From Tubiluchus corallicola (taxonomy: Eukaryota > Animalia > Priapulida), in the NCBI GenBank assembly GCA_030141605.1, contig JAQGDQ010000022.1, positions 62,001 through 126,000 on the forward strand: a stretch of 64,000 bases of DNA, written 5' to 3'. Position 1 is the first letter of the stretch. Each line of letters begins with the position of its first letter. The translations under genes and the position numbers were made by a program. This document shows, one piece after another, positions 52,661 through 64,000 of this stretch. The notes below the pieces were generated by a model that was not told the DNA's origin, did no database searches, and saw only the letters and a program-made list of their open reading frames with translations.

Positions 52661-52850
52661 GCGTCGACTTTAAATTCAAAAAAAGCTTTTATCGCCGATG
52701 GTGGTAAAAAACAAATTACATCACCTAAATAACTGTACCCCACTTTTACCTTAAATATCAGGAGCTAGGCAGGGCAACGGCAAGTACCATTTTTAAAGTC
52801 TTTGGTAAGGCAGCAGTATCGAATTCACAACCTCCCAGACGCGTGAAAAA
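52661..52850 (-). mobile_element. tRNA-derived MetaSINE-type element
   Basis: Minus strand: ggaggttgtgaattcgatac (B-box-like), then taccaaagactttaaaaatggtacttgccgttgccctgcctagctcctgatatttaagg, matching the Meta central domain as I recall it; ends in a (TTA)n tail. Confidence 0.8.
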
Positions 52851-53219
52851 CAGTCTGGTGCATGCTAGATCTTAAGAAGCTCTTTCAGTAAAGTTCACAC
52901 CTAATTAAGAATGTAGCTTTTAGAAATGAAAAAAATGGAGATTGTTTTAGCTCTCGGCTAGATAAAAAGAGAAAAAACACAGTCCAGCTCGAATAAACCA
53001 AATTGAATCATTCCATAGAATGTGTCTTAATTGTCTAACACTGCCCAGCTTCTGCCGTCAAACATTGCGATATTTAACTATCCTCTAAAATTAATTATCT
53101 TTCAAAATTAGAGGTTTGATGTCTTTTTGCGTAAAATTCATCAATGTATATAGTCTTTCTCCCCTTTGTTTCTTCGATGGCTGAGTAGATTAATAGAAAG
53201 CTTTAAAAAGCGGACTATA

Positions 53220-53440
53220 AAAATCAAATGAAACCGAGCCAAACCAAACTAAATCAGACCAAATCAGTACAAAATCACACCAATCCAAAGTAAGGTGAAC
53301 TAAGCTAAAACAAATTAATCAAACCAAACTAATTCAAACAAACCGAACAGAACCAAACCAAATGGAATGCCACAAAACAAAACAAAACGAAACAAAAACA
53401 AGCCAAGCCTAGCAAAGAAAAAAGCAAAAACAAAATTAAT
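53220..53440 (+). repeat. Degenerate (AAACC/AAAAC)n pentanucleotide repeat
   Basis: aaaccgagccaaaccaaactaaatcagaccaaatc... five-base periodicity. Confidence 0.8.
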
Positions 53441-54722
53441 TCAAAATTACAGTAAAGAGAAAGCTGGAGACCAACGTACAATGAATTTAGCAAGTTATAG
53501 CGGATGTGGACAGTCTCTTTAAGCTCTAAACTGATTGTTCTTATTTTCAGCCATTTTTTCGTAAATTATGTGGAGAGAAGTTAATTTACCAATAAAGCAG
53601 ATTGCAGACTGCGATATTGATTTGGGTCAGCTGACATTTTGCATCTTATTGCCAGTTTGCATAACACTTTGTACATTAGCATTGTATTTACGACAGGTGT
53701 TATCGATTTTTCCTTGTCATTTAAATGTGCCTTTTAGACTTCATGTCAATTTTCAACGTTTTCAATTGCGCTTCTGTTTCTAAATTTGTTTTCAAGACTG
53801 TCCTTTTATCTTTGCCCTTAAGTATGACATTTATTGAAATTCTTGTCACGTTTTTTGTGACTTTCCCCTTGGATGGAGTGATCAGCAGCAGCATTCATAT
53901 TTACTAGTTCAAATACAGTAAAAATTGCGTTATAAATCAATAACAACTATAATTTTACTGGTACATGTTTATTAATCACCAATAAATAAAAGCAGTGAAA
54001 AGTTGAAAATGTGGATTCACGAATCAAAGTAAATTATTAATGTAAAATCACGTAAATTAATTTTGGGAAAAAGTTCATTTTGATCTTGTCGGAATTTCAA
54101 AGGTTCGCCACCTTCTCGGCAGTTCGTCTATTGGGAGAGTTCGTGTTTATTACCATTAAACCTAGATTATTACAATGTTGCGACTGTCAAAAAAACGTTT
54201 AAATAACTCTATGTAGTGTAATTTAAACCCTGCCGCTATGTAAGTTACAAAAACAACGAAATTTCATCGGTATACATTACGCAACATTTTGACAATATCT
54301 GACGAAAGAAGAATCAAATTTAAAATGCTTTTAGTATTGTACACAATTTTAAGAGTTGACGCAGGTTTTATCTCATATCTGTACGTCCGACGTCACGCTC
54401 TACGGCAGCAGGACTTGCGGAATTCTACTATGAAGCTGCAAAAAGTGGATTATCTTAAAACCAAATTAATACTGCGCTTTTCAGAATATTTCAAGCGTAC
54501 TGTGTACTTTCTTGTTTGCTTTACCAGTTTACATGATTTGTCTATAGATTTTTTATATTACTGCTTATTATTAATTATTAGGCACTATCTTATATAACGC
54601 CTAATTGACCTGTCATCATTGATCAAGGTATAACCTCTAAGATGAGTTGGCAAGTGGCGTCTAAACCGCATTCAGAGGTATATACAATTATGTATCCCTC
54701 TGTACGAGATGAACAGCTACAA

Positions 54723-54828
54723 TGTTGTTGTCGTTCGTTTGTTTTTGTTTTCGTTGTTGTTGTTTTTGTAGCTGTTGTTGTTGTTGTTACTGCTGTTACT
54801 GTTGTTGTTGTTGTTGTTGCTGTTGTTG
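54723..54828 (+). repeat. (GTT)n microsatellite
   Basis: Read directly from the sequence. Confidence 0.9.
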
Positions 54829-55585
54829 AAAACATTCGAGTTTGACGCAAAATCTTTAAACAACGTTTAATCTACAGGCTGTGATAGGTATAATGATAGC
54901 TGTTGGTTTTGATGATGCGCCACGTTGCTATTGCGCATGCCCTAAAACACAAAGCGTGTAACATTAAATGTTATTATGTCATTATGATATCACGTTACGT
55001 TCGATAAACCACATAATGCTTTGCACAGGTGAGGGATATAATAACTCGAAGCTGCCACGTATCTGATCTGTATTAATTAACTTATTAATAGATATATGAT
55101 CTTTACATTTTAAGCATGTTAGATGTTTGATAGATATGCTTTTACAGAAAATGAGAGAGAAGGAGAAAGAGGGGGGGGGAGGGATAGTTGATTGCTGTGG
55201 CTGGCCAAGAATCGAGGTTGTTATAAAATAATGTTGTAAGAAGTCACTAAAACATCAGAAGCTTCTTTATACGGTTCAGATATGTACATTGTCGGTCAGC
55301 GAGGTAATTACCTGAAGTCAATATGCCAGCTGATAGAGCAAAGAAGCAATTTTGCTATGGTCACGCACGCACCTCCTGACTGGGCTCGACGTTGTTTAGC
55401 ACTAGCGTATTCAAATGCTCAAGTTTGGTTTTTTAGCCCCTTATAGTTTCTGTGTTATGCGATTCCGTTAGTGTAACATGAAAATAAGTCGGAAACTGGT
55501 AAAAAGGTAGTGGTTTACTAATAATGCTATAATAATGACAAGGTATAATTTGTAAAAGGGTAAGGTAATGACATAGTCCAGAAAT

Positions 55586-55751
55586 TTTACTGGTGAAGTG
55601 TACCACTTGCGATGTGTATACTGGCGAACTGAATTATTTTGTTAGAAGTAATTAGGTAATAACATAGCAGAGAAAGTTTATTGTCGAAATATACTACCGG
55701 CGAACTGTTCCAGTGGTGAACCCCGTACCACTGGCAAAATTGGTGCATACC
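55586..55751 (+). mobile_element. One arm of a non-autonomous DNA element with ctggcgaa/ctggtgaa subrepeats
   Basis: Repeated actggtgaa/actggcgaa/accggcgaa/agtggtgaa ending cactggcaaaattggtgcatacc; related copy at about 44597-44695. Confidence 0.5.
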
Positions 55752-56412
55752 GCTTTACACAACATCAATTACTGATACAGTGAATTAACTAATTTAAATT
55801 ATCTAAGTGAAAATCATCTCTCTCATAAAAGTGATAAACTTTCTCTTTCCATTGCTGGCCTTAAAGTTTGAATTTACCTCATGCGTTTTTTATCATATTG
55901 TTGATGTACTTGCTGTTTATTTTTTGTACTAGATTTTGTACTAGTTTATTAAACAAAGTGCGATTCGACCTTCATCTATTTTTCGTTGCCTAGGTGACAG
56001 AAATGGAGTTTTCGCAGTCTTTTTCCCCAAAGCAACTGATGCTGACTTTGAACTCGACGAAAACCAAACAAATATCAGACTGGGTTAAAATAAGCGAACT
56101 GAAGTTAGGGCTACAGATAGACACACGCACAAGGATATTATTACACTGCCACACTGTAACTGGAAAAGTGTTTTGGTAAAATTTCGTCATGAGCTTTTCA
56201 TTTGTGTTCAACTGGAGGGAGTAGCTAAGTGATAACCACGTGTGCTTGGCTAATGCCAGACCTGGTTAATAAGTTATACCATGTCAGACCTGGTTAATAA
56301 ATGCCAGATAATCGCCAGGCTGTTCATGTGCCGTATTGCTAATGACAATTTCTATTGCTGAAGAAAATGTGTACTCATTCGTGCATAGACACCTCGATTT
56401 GGTGTCACACCT

Positions 56413-56447
<35 letters not shown>

Positions 56448-56488
56448 GCTGCTGCTGCTGTTGTTGTCGTCATTGTTGTCATTGCTGC
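56413..56488 (+). repeat. (GTT)n/(GCT)n microsatellite
   Basis: Read directly from the sequence. Confidence 0.9.
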
Positions 56489-59400
56489 TTTATGTAATTA
56501 CCATACTTGAAAACATTCGATTTTGACGCAAAATCTTCAGAGACAGAGTTAAGTCTATTTCCGCCTCAATTATTTAACATTATTGCAGTTGAATGCTGGG
56601 ACTTGCAGTATGCCGATGTGTGCAAAGTTAACCATCGCTACCTCTTTGTATATAATTTTATTTCTAAGCACACAGGTTTGGCATTTATGTCAATAAAAAT
56701 GTGATATTTCAGTGAAATATATATATACTCGTGCTTGCCAAACAATAAGAAGTAGAAAGTAGAATTTTTAAAAAGAAACATCAAGTAGAAGGAATTAAAC
56801 GTACAACAACAAAGTTTAGAAAAAGAGAACTATGCAAATACAGTTTATAATAAGAAGCATGTTATCATTTAAAGCCCAGCTAACAATATCATTAAACTAT
56901 GCGCTCAGCCTCATAAGTAAATTACTCCTACATTAAAATGTGCATCATTAACAACACGCACTTTTACTCTCGCTGACACCATCACTCACTGTCAGCACCA
57001 TCGCAACTATTAGTATAATAACGTGTTGAAGGTGAAGTTATTACCATAGGGCCGGTGTTATGTCATAAATCCGTTTCTCCTGTGCCTTGTTCTCGTGCTT
57101 CTCTCTCCTCCTGATCCTACTCCTTTTTTGATTTTATTATTTGTTTATTCGTTTCTTTTCTAGGGGTTCTTTTTCTCGTTTTTCAGCTTTCTTTTTCAGT
57201 TTCACTTGCCTATTATTAAAGAAGCATAATTATATTATCTGTCACTGATAAATAAAGTCTTCACAGATATAAACCTTAAATTACATGCTTAAAAATAAAA
57301 TATTATTTCTCCACTGGTGTAAGATGCAGGTTTGCTGGTTTTCCGCTTGTTGGTTCTGATTAGTGGACCACAGTGAAGCGGGGCACGTGGCTCAGCTCGT
57401 AAAGGAAGCAATTTTAGTCGCGTGTCTCTTGCCGCCCGTATATTGTCAGCCTTAACGAAGACAGAGTACGTTAAAAGATTCGTGTAAAAGCAAAATTTGA
57501 AAATCAACACAAGAGCAAGACACCGATGCTGACATTTCTGAACTCTGAAGTGGAGAACAAAAGTGCGGAAAAGATCATTTCCTAAGATTCCCCAAGGTTT
57601 CTTGATGGTACGCCTCCTTGTTATGACAACAACACGTTTCTCGTTATTTGTTACAACAGTATACGCCAGTGCATATAGTGCTTTTAACACTCAAAGAACA
57701 TGAAACCTTATGTCACTTGTTAGTTTTTTTAATACTGAAGTTACTACAGCGGCTGTCCTTATTAACCCAATTAAAAGGGAGGATAAACAAGCTTCCTTTG
57801 ATCAAACCGTTTAAATATTTTGAGATAAAATATCGCCTCAGAAGTCTACTGAAAAAAGATATCCATCTAGCAGTGCAATTATGACGCCAATACTTCATTT
57901 TTGCGAACTCATAAGAGACACCGGGTTCCTTTGTGGTATAATAAAGAAGCAGGGCAAGACTGCTGAGTAAGTACCCGTGTGTGTCAGTATCCTACCGCGT
58001 TAATGAATGCCGAAGGACTACTTGCAGGAAATAATCAGGTGCAAATAGCGAAGAACGAGAAACACACCTTCCGGGAGGCGAGCGCTAATGACGGGTCAGC
58101 TTCCGGCGGGAATGAATAAACTCTGATTACGCCTTGGTGAGATAAAAGCTTTTCAATTTGTACCACTGTGCCTCACAAGACGAAATACGTGTATTATACG
58201 CCGCCGAAAAAAATCTGTGAAACGGGAGAAGCACTTAAGGCACTAGCGAAAAGGTTTGGCAAGAGAAAATGAACTGTTCCTTGTCAAACTCGGGTAAAAA
58301 TTTGATGCGGAAAAGCAATTGTTTTGTCGTTGTATACGCGAATCACACGCAGAAGCAGCACAACAGCTGCTGTAAACAAAGGAACACAACCGTAATACTG
58401 TTGCCTTCGTGGTTTTTAGGCATCTAATTTATACTTTCTTTGTTATACCGACAGCAGCAACTTGAAGTTCTAAAGAAAAAAGTTATAAAAAAGAAGAAAC
58501 ATTTAGAACATTGCGTTTGAAAATGAACACGTCCCTCCACAACAAAATCGAAAAATAATCAATCAGATTATAGTTCTTGAGCGGCGAATCAAGCGCAAAT
58601 AGTCTATAAAAATTGCGTATTTAAACGGTTTTAAACTTCATGAAAATGTAATATGTTCATATCTTTCAAATGATGAGTTTCAAAACGAAAAGTGGGCATA
58701 TTCCAGTGTCATTGAATGAGCAACCTCATTAATGCCTATACCCCAGAAGCAGTATTACAAGTTTAATCTGGCAACAATATTAAATCAAGTTTACTGTTAC
58801 CATATAATACGACCTTCAACAGGTAGGTTTCCGGGCAAACTGTGATAATACAAAGACAAATTGAGCCATTCGTCAATGGTCATTTGAAACCGACAAAGGG
58901 AAAATTATGTGTGTAATATCAAGCTTCGACAAACCACGTAGCCAACTGATTGTAGAAATTCATTAAGTTAGACAAATGACATCCCATGTTGTATATGTAG
59001 TAGAAGTGATCATATTAAATCTGCGAGCTCAAATATTAATTAGCCTACTCACTTTTGCTTGACGATTTCAGATTTTGGGTCACGCTACTTGACGAGTAGG
59101 GTTGCACACCCTCTAGCGATTGCGAACGGAAACACAATTAACATATTAATCTTTAAAATAAGTTTTTTATCCTTTTTACCAACGAGTGAGTTTAGGTTTT
59201 TCAGAAATAGGTTCAACACTAATATATTTTTTGAAATAATAAATTAACTTATTTTATGGCTTAAAACCCAGTTAGGAAGTAGGACACATTTATAGAATGG
59301 GCCGAAAACCTATTGAATAGGTTTTGAATGTGTTAAAACTGTTAATAGGCCTTTGTTTAGACTTCCTTGTGTTACATAGACTGTGTAATTGAGCAGCTTA

Positions 59401-61284
59401 GTTTGACAGCTAAGCGAAATGTTAGTTTTTTGCATAGTCAAATATTGGACTTTGCGCCTTCAGTACAATTTACTAATAAATGTGTGCGCTTAACAATGCG
59501 ACATAAATGTGACTTAATAAAATAACTTGCCGTCAGATAAAACAGATTGTGTATGCACTATCACACCACACATGTACCATGCGTTAATCTTTCAGTGAGC
59601 CAACTCAAGTAAGTATGATGGCATGAATTTATATTTTCATGCCTATCCCCGTTTGTGCAGAACCACAGTCATCAAAGAATAGGACTGTCTTAGTTTAACC
59701 TCCTAACCTTCGACAATAAACAAGCAAATTCTTTTCCTATATATAAAATACGTAATAATAATCGGCAGTTTTTATTCGCACCCTTTATACATGGCAAATG
59801 TTAAACACCTAGGTGGCAAAAATATGTACGTTGCCTTGGACCATGCTTGAGATGTTTCTGCAGGAGATTAAAGTGGTGTGCTCACTTCTAATTAGTCTTC
59901 TGTTACGAAATCGACACATCAGTATAACTCCAAGTGATATTTATTTCCTCTCAAATATTGAAAGGAAAAATATTGTTTAAAAATGACTTAATTAAAGATT
60001 GGTTAGTGTTTTGCTGTTGTGGGTTCTCGGCAAGATGAGTGAAATCACGCGATAGTCTAGCAGTAAACGTGAACTTTGAAATTCTGAATTTAAAATTTGT
60101 CGTTTTGTCGGGTTTTGTGTTTCACAATGTTCTAAGTAAGTGTTGCATTTAAATTTTCGCTTTGGTTAAAAGTGCTCATTGAGGTTAATGCAGTTGAAAA
60201 ACTGTACCAAGTGATGACGTCATCGTTCGCGACGCTCGCGAACCATTAATCACTAAAGTAATATTTAATTATCAGAGACATTTAGTAATTATTCTAGATA
60301 ATAAAATGTACATTTTGGCTATTTTTAGGTTAATTGGAGTACATATGGTGTAAAGATCCTATTATTTTTCTTTAAAATAGTAGGAAACTTCTTACTAACC
60401 AAACTGAGTAAGCCTTTTAAACCACTTTAAAGTGAGTCGAACATCTTGACAAAATTGAAACAGGTTTTTAAAAAGTTTTGAAGTACCAAAAACACAAAAT
60501 TATATAATTTAAAATTAATTTACTGATCTGCAAACAGTTAGAGCATTATACAGCAGTTCAAACTAAAAGACAAATTTTCAAGCTGTCGTTTTTCCCATCC
60601 TATTGAAATTTTCGCCCGTCTCATTCCATTTCGTATAATTTTTAATTTGAAACGAGATTCGCGGAAACAATTTGCTCAATTTGTCGATTATATAAGCCTC
60701 ATTCCCAAATGTGCTGACTTCAAACATATATATAGCGCCAATTCCCTAACGTGTTCAGTTCAACTATACAATGCTGTCTTGCTTAAGATATCCAATTCAA
60801 GAATGACATGTATATTTAATGTATCTGCAGAACACTGCCTGATTTACTTACGAGCATGCACACATACACATACAGACTTGTAATGATGAATACGGTTGAC
60901 CTACGGATAATTAATAAATAATAAACGATTTAGCTGGATAGTATACTGAGTTTAATTGAAAATTCTTAAATGGCTTGTTTATAGAAGCAACACCAGAGAA
61001 TATCAAAAAGAGGAAATGACAAAGAAGAAAATAGGAAAACAAACAACAAAGACTTTACCCATTCGCATATTCGTTTTTAACTTGTTTTTGTGAGTTTTCC
61101 ATTCTTCATAGTTCAATTTTGTCATTTATGAGGTAAACTCCTCTGTCTTCCTTTCTTTCTTCCTTCTACCTGTTTTCAGTTTTCATTTTTATTCTTCTTT
61201 ATTTACCCCATTCCTTTCTTTCCTCTCTTTTTATTCCATTCTTTTTCTTGATTCGTTTACTTACTTATTTTTTTATTTGTTTGT

Positions 61285-61375
61285 CCATTCATTCATGTAT
61301 TCATTTATTCATTCGTTCGTTCATTCATCCATCTATCATTTCGTTCGTTCATTCGTTCATTCATTCATTCATTCA
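61285..61375 (+). repeat. (ATTC)n microsatellite
   Basis: cattcattcat... with cgtt variants. Confidence 0.9.
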
Positions 61376-61810
61376 CCAAGTGACCAAAAGGGACATGATT
61401 TACTTGATCATAATACGAGCGCGCAGCTCGGTTTGTCTCAAGCAAACACCTCAACGTGAAGAGCAACTGGGAGTGAAGCAAGCGATCATTGTTGGCTTCC
61501 AATAATCAACTGAGATACATTTAATCTACTTGGGCAGAGAAAATGTTTACCAATTATCACGTCAGTGTTTGTCCTAACCCGCGCAGAGACAATGCATTTC
61601 CTTTACAATATGCAACTATAATGATGATTTTCGTGCGCAGCACCGCTAGGAGGTCACGTGACGGATGCAACCTGGCCGGTTTTGGCTTCACTCGGGATAA
61701 CGCAATCGCGAATATGCATGTAATCGCACAGTGCAACGTGATAAATGTAGGACGCTCGCAGGACAAAGTGTCGAATGAAGTTTGTTTCCTGTGAAATAAT
61801 ATAATTTGCA

Positions 61811-62971
61811 ATGGATGTGTTAGACCACGGTTATAAAGAAAAAATGAATATAGTTGATTGGTTTTTATTAAATACCACGAATCCGCCTGTTGATAACGTT
61901 AGTTTACTTGACGTAATCACCGAGGCGCCCTATCACGGCGCCTACTTTCACGATTTTAGCGATAAGTATAGAAAAATACACGGATTTCTCAGCGTTTTTA
62001 TATGTGCCTTCGGATTAGTGGCCAATGTTTTAAATTTAATCGTGCTTACTCAAAAGAACATGATTTCGCCCACAAATAGCATTTTGACAGGTTTAGCAGT
62101 CGCGGATATGCTAGTAATGCTGGCTAGTCTACCGTTTACAATTTGCTATCACATTCTGTTTTTAAAGGAGGAACACAAAGACAAAGGCGGTACTTATGCT
62201 TGGAATGTCTTTGCGATTGTGCAAACGCAACTAACGATAACTTTTCACACCATATCTATATGGCTGACAGTGCTTCTAGCCATCTTCAGGTATGTGACTA
62301 TTAGTTACCCTTCGCATAGCCGCGCGTGGTGTAACCTGTACAGGGCAAAACAGGCCATATTCACCGCATACATCGCCTCGGCAATAATATGCATTCCTAA
62401 TTACCTTAATTACGTCGTCGAAGTAACAGATGATAACGTAACATCATACCAGATATCTTTCTCGGACATGGCCATCGCTCACGATGGTCTATTGAAGAAC
62501 ATCAACTTTTGGATATACGGTGTGATTGTGAAAGTAATTCCTTGTATCGCACTGACAATGCTCAGTAGCCTTCTAATGCGTGTCCTTTTTGTTGCCAATA
62601 AGAGAAAGCAGAAATTGACTTCAAAGCAGGGCCGCTTAGAAGCAGACAAAACGTGTGATCGCACCACACGGATGTTGTTGGTGATTCTCTTGTTGTTCCT
62701 CATAACAGAGTTTCCCCAGGGAATTCTGGCTCTCTTAAGCGGAATGCTGGGAGATCCTTTTTTCCGCAATGTTTATATGCCGCTAGGTGACGTGATGGAC
62801 ACGCTAGCTTTGGCTAATTGCGCAGTAAATTTTATTCTCTATTGCACAATGAGCAAACAATTTCGCATGACATTCAAAGAAACTGTACTGCCCAAAGTCT
62901 GTGTTGAGGATAAATGGACTCGGCTAGTGCCTAACCATCGACCTAGTGTACAAATGAAATCGTTCGTCTGA
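61811..62971 (+). CDS. Intronless class A (rhodopsin-like) neuropeptide GPCR, myosuppressin receptor / DMSR-1-like
   Basis: 386 aa with seven hydrophobic segments and N-terminal N-x-T/S sites. Family hallmarks: YxxIHGxLSxxxCxFGxxANxLNxxVLT, SPTNxILTGLAVADML, FHTISIWLTxxLAxxRY, NFWIYxVxxKxIPC, DRTTRMLLxILLLFLITEFPQGIL, NFILYCxMSxQFR. Confidence 0.93.
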   Translation: MDVLDHGYKEKMNIVDWFLLNTTNPPVDNVSLLDVITEAPYHGAYFHDFSDKYRKIHGFLSVFICAFGLVANVLNLIVLTQKNMISPTNSILTGLAVADMLVMLASLPFTICYHILFLKEEHKDKGGTYAWNVFAIVQTQLTITFHTISIWLTVLLAIFRYVTISYPSHSRAWCNLYRAKQAIFTAYIASAIICIPNYLNYVVEVTDDNVTSYQISFSDMAIAHDGLLKNINFWIYGVIVKVIPCIALTMLSSLLMRVLFVANKRKQKLTSKQGRLEADKTCDRTTRMLLVILLLFLITEFPQGILALLSGMLGDPFFRNVYMPLGDVMDTLALANCAVNFILYCTMSKQFRMTFKETVLPKVCVEDKWTRLVPNHRPSVQMKSFV

Positions 62972-64000
62972 CCGTAACGGCCACTCCTTCCTTGCTCGGC
63001 TATTCACTAACACTCACATCGCTCTTTGAGCATATCTCTATGTTACTTGTTACTGATTAAGAGGTTACAGAAAGGCTTAATACAGTTTATATCTCTGCAC
63101 AGTTATTGCTTCCCTAGGATCAGATGCCTGTGTATCTTGAATGCTGTTATACATTATTGTTTCTGTGCTGTCCCTGCTGCCTACAATAAACTCGCTCGTA
63201 TTTACCTAATTATTGACTACTGGGTTCGCGTCAGCGTGCAATACATGTGTTTAAACAAACCTGACAGGGAATTCATATACACACCAGTTGCAGATTTGTA
63301 AAGTGACAGGTAGTTAATGAACATCAGATGTATGAATTTATCTCCACGCATACTACCCAGGTATATAAACTGTTTTTTTATCTAAAAATATCTGGACAAA
63401 CTCTTGAGCGACGGTGCGTGAAATTTTTCGCCTTTCTTTTCAGATTTCACATAAAGGAAGCCAGCCGTTACAGGTGTGCATTAATTGCAGTGATCATTAT
63501 TGCACGTTGCAGTGCACGTGTGCAGGCAATTGAAGCCACGTATCATGTTTATGCTGGGTGGTGATATTTACAACACTGATTAGTGCATCCGCTGCGTGAA
63601 AATATCCCGCGTACAAGCTCAGATATTCTTCATTATCACAAACGAACTTCGGTTATCATTGAAAACATGACAAAACTCGGCCGGAAAGGGTGTAACGAAG
63701 CCATACTGAACGCTTCACGTGCAGTCTATTACCGCTTAATTGACTAAGCATGAGTTTTGACAGAGATTCATTAGAGAACAGAAGATTAGAATGCGATCAT
63801 TTCGCGCCCAACTTCCCGTATCCTCTTTGTTAGTCAAGCCTAATAAATACGCTTTGTCACTTAACTCTGGAATTGATTAAAATGGAAAAATTGATTTAAT
63901 TAGTCTCAGAGGACTGTTAGGAAGCTGTAAATGGCTCACTTTTGTCAACTAAGGTTCGCCACTGAAGGGTAATTATAAATATTGTGTTCTGAGGGATAAT

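Noticed and set aside
52353-52679. Poly-Tyr/Cys ORF
   Set aside because: Translation of the (AAT)n microsatellite.
57378-57410. tRNA/SINE-like A box ggggcacgtggctcagctcgtaaag
   Set aside because: No B box or cloverleaf downstream.

Overview
AT-rich animal (invertebrate) nuclear genomic DNA with spliceosomal introns; no prokaryotic features. From left to right the window holds: (1) the last coding exon of a trithorax/KMT2A-B H3K4 methyltransferase (SET/post-SET, 554-727) and its 3' UTR; (2) an apparently complete GPATCH8-like gene on + (7 exons rebuilt by hand, 2761-21610, all splice phases compatible, about 1596 aa: G-patch, shortened C2H2 finger, GPATCH8/ZNF804 WP...SYSCN motif, Lys- and RS-rich middle, Pro/Gln-rich tail); (3) about 39 kb of repeat-rich DNA with CR1/L2-type LINE remnants, MITEs, a very degraded Academ-like (XPG-domain) transposase fossil, a dead BEL/Pao LTR retrotransposon, a tRNA-Pro pseudogene, a MetaSINE, a 5S-derived repeat and many microsatellites; (4) an intronless myosuppressin/DMSR-type class A peptide GPCR (61811-62971). 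The most interesting unexplained structure is the 6.6 kb intron that splits the G-patch domain. It has no obvious transposon and contains several candidate stop-codon ('poison') cassettes: a UG-flanked cassette, a NAGNAG micro-exon ending exactly on an in-frame TAG, and a cryptic AG 18 nt upstream of the real acceptor. This suggests a multi-layer splicing/NMD autoregulatory circuit. That reading is inference from sequence alone and needs RNA data. Homolog motifs quoted for comparison are recalled from memory, not from a search.
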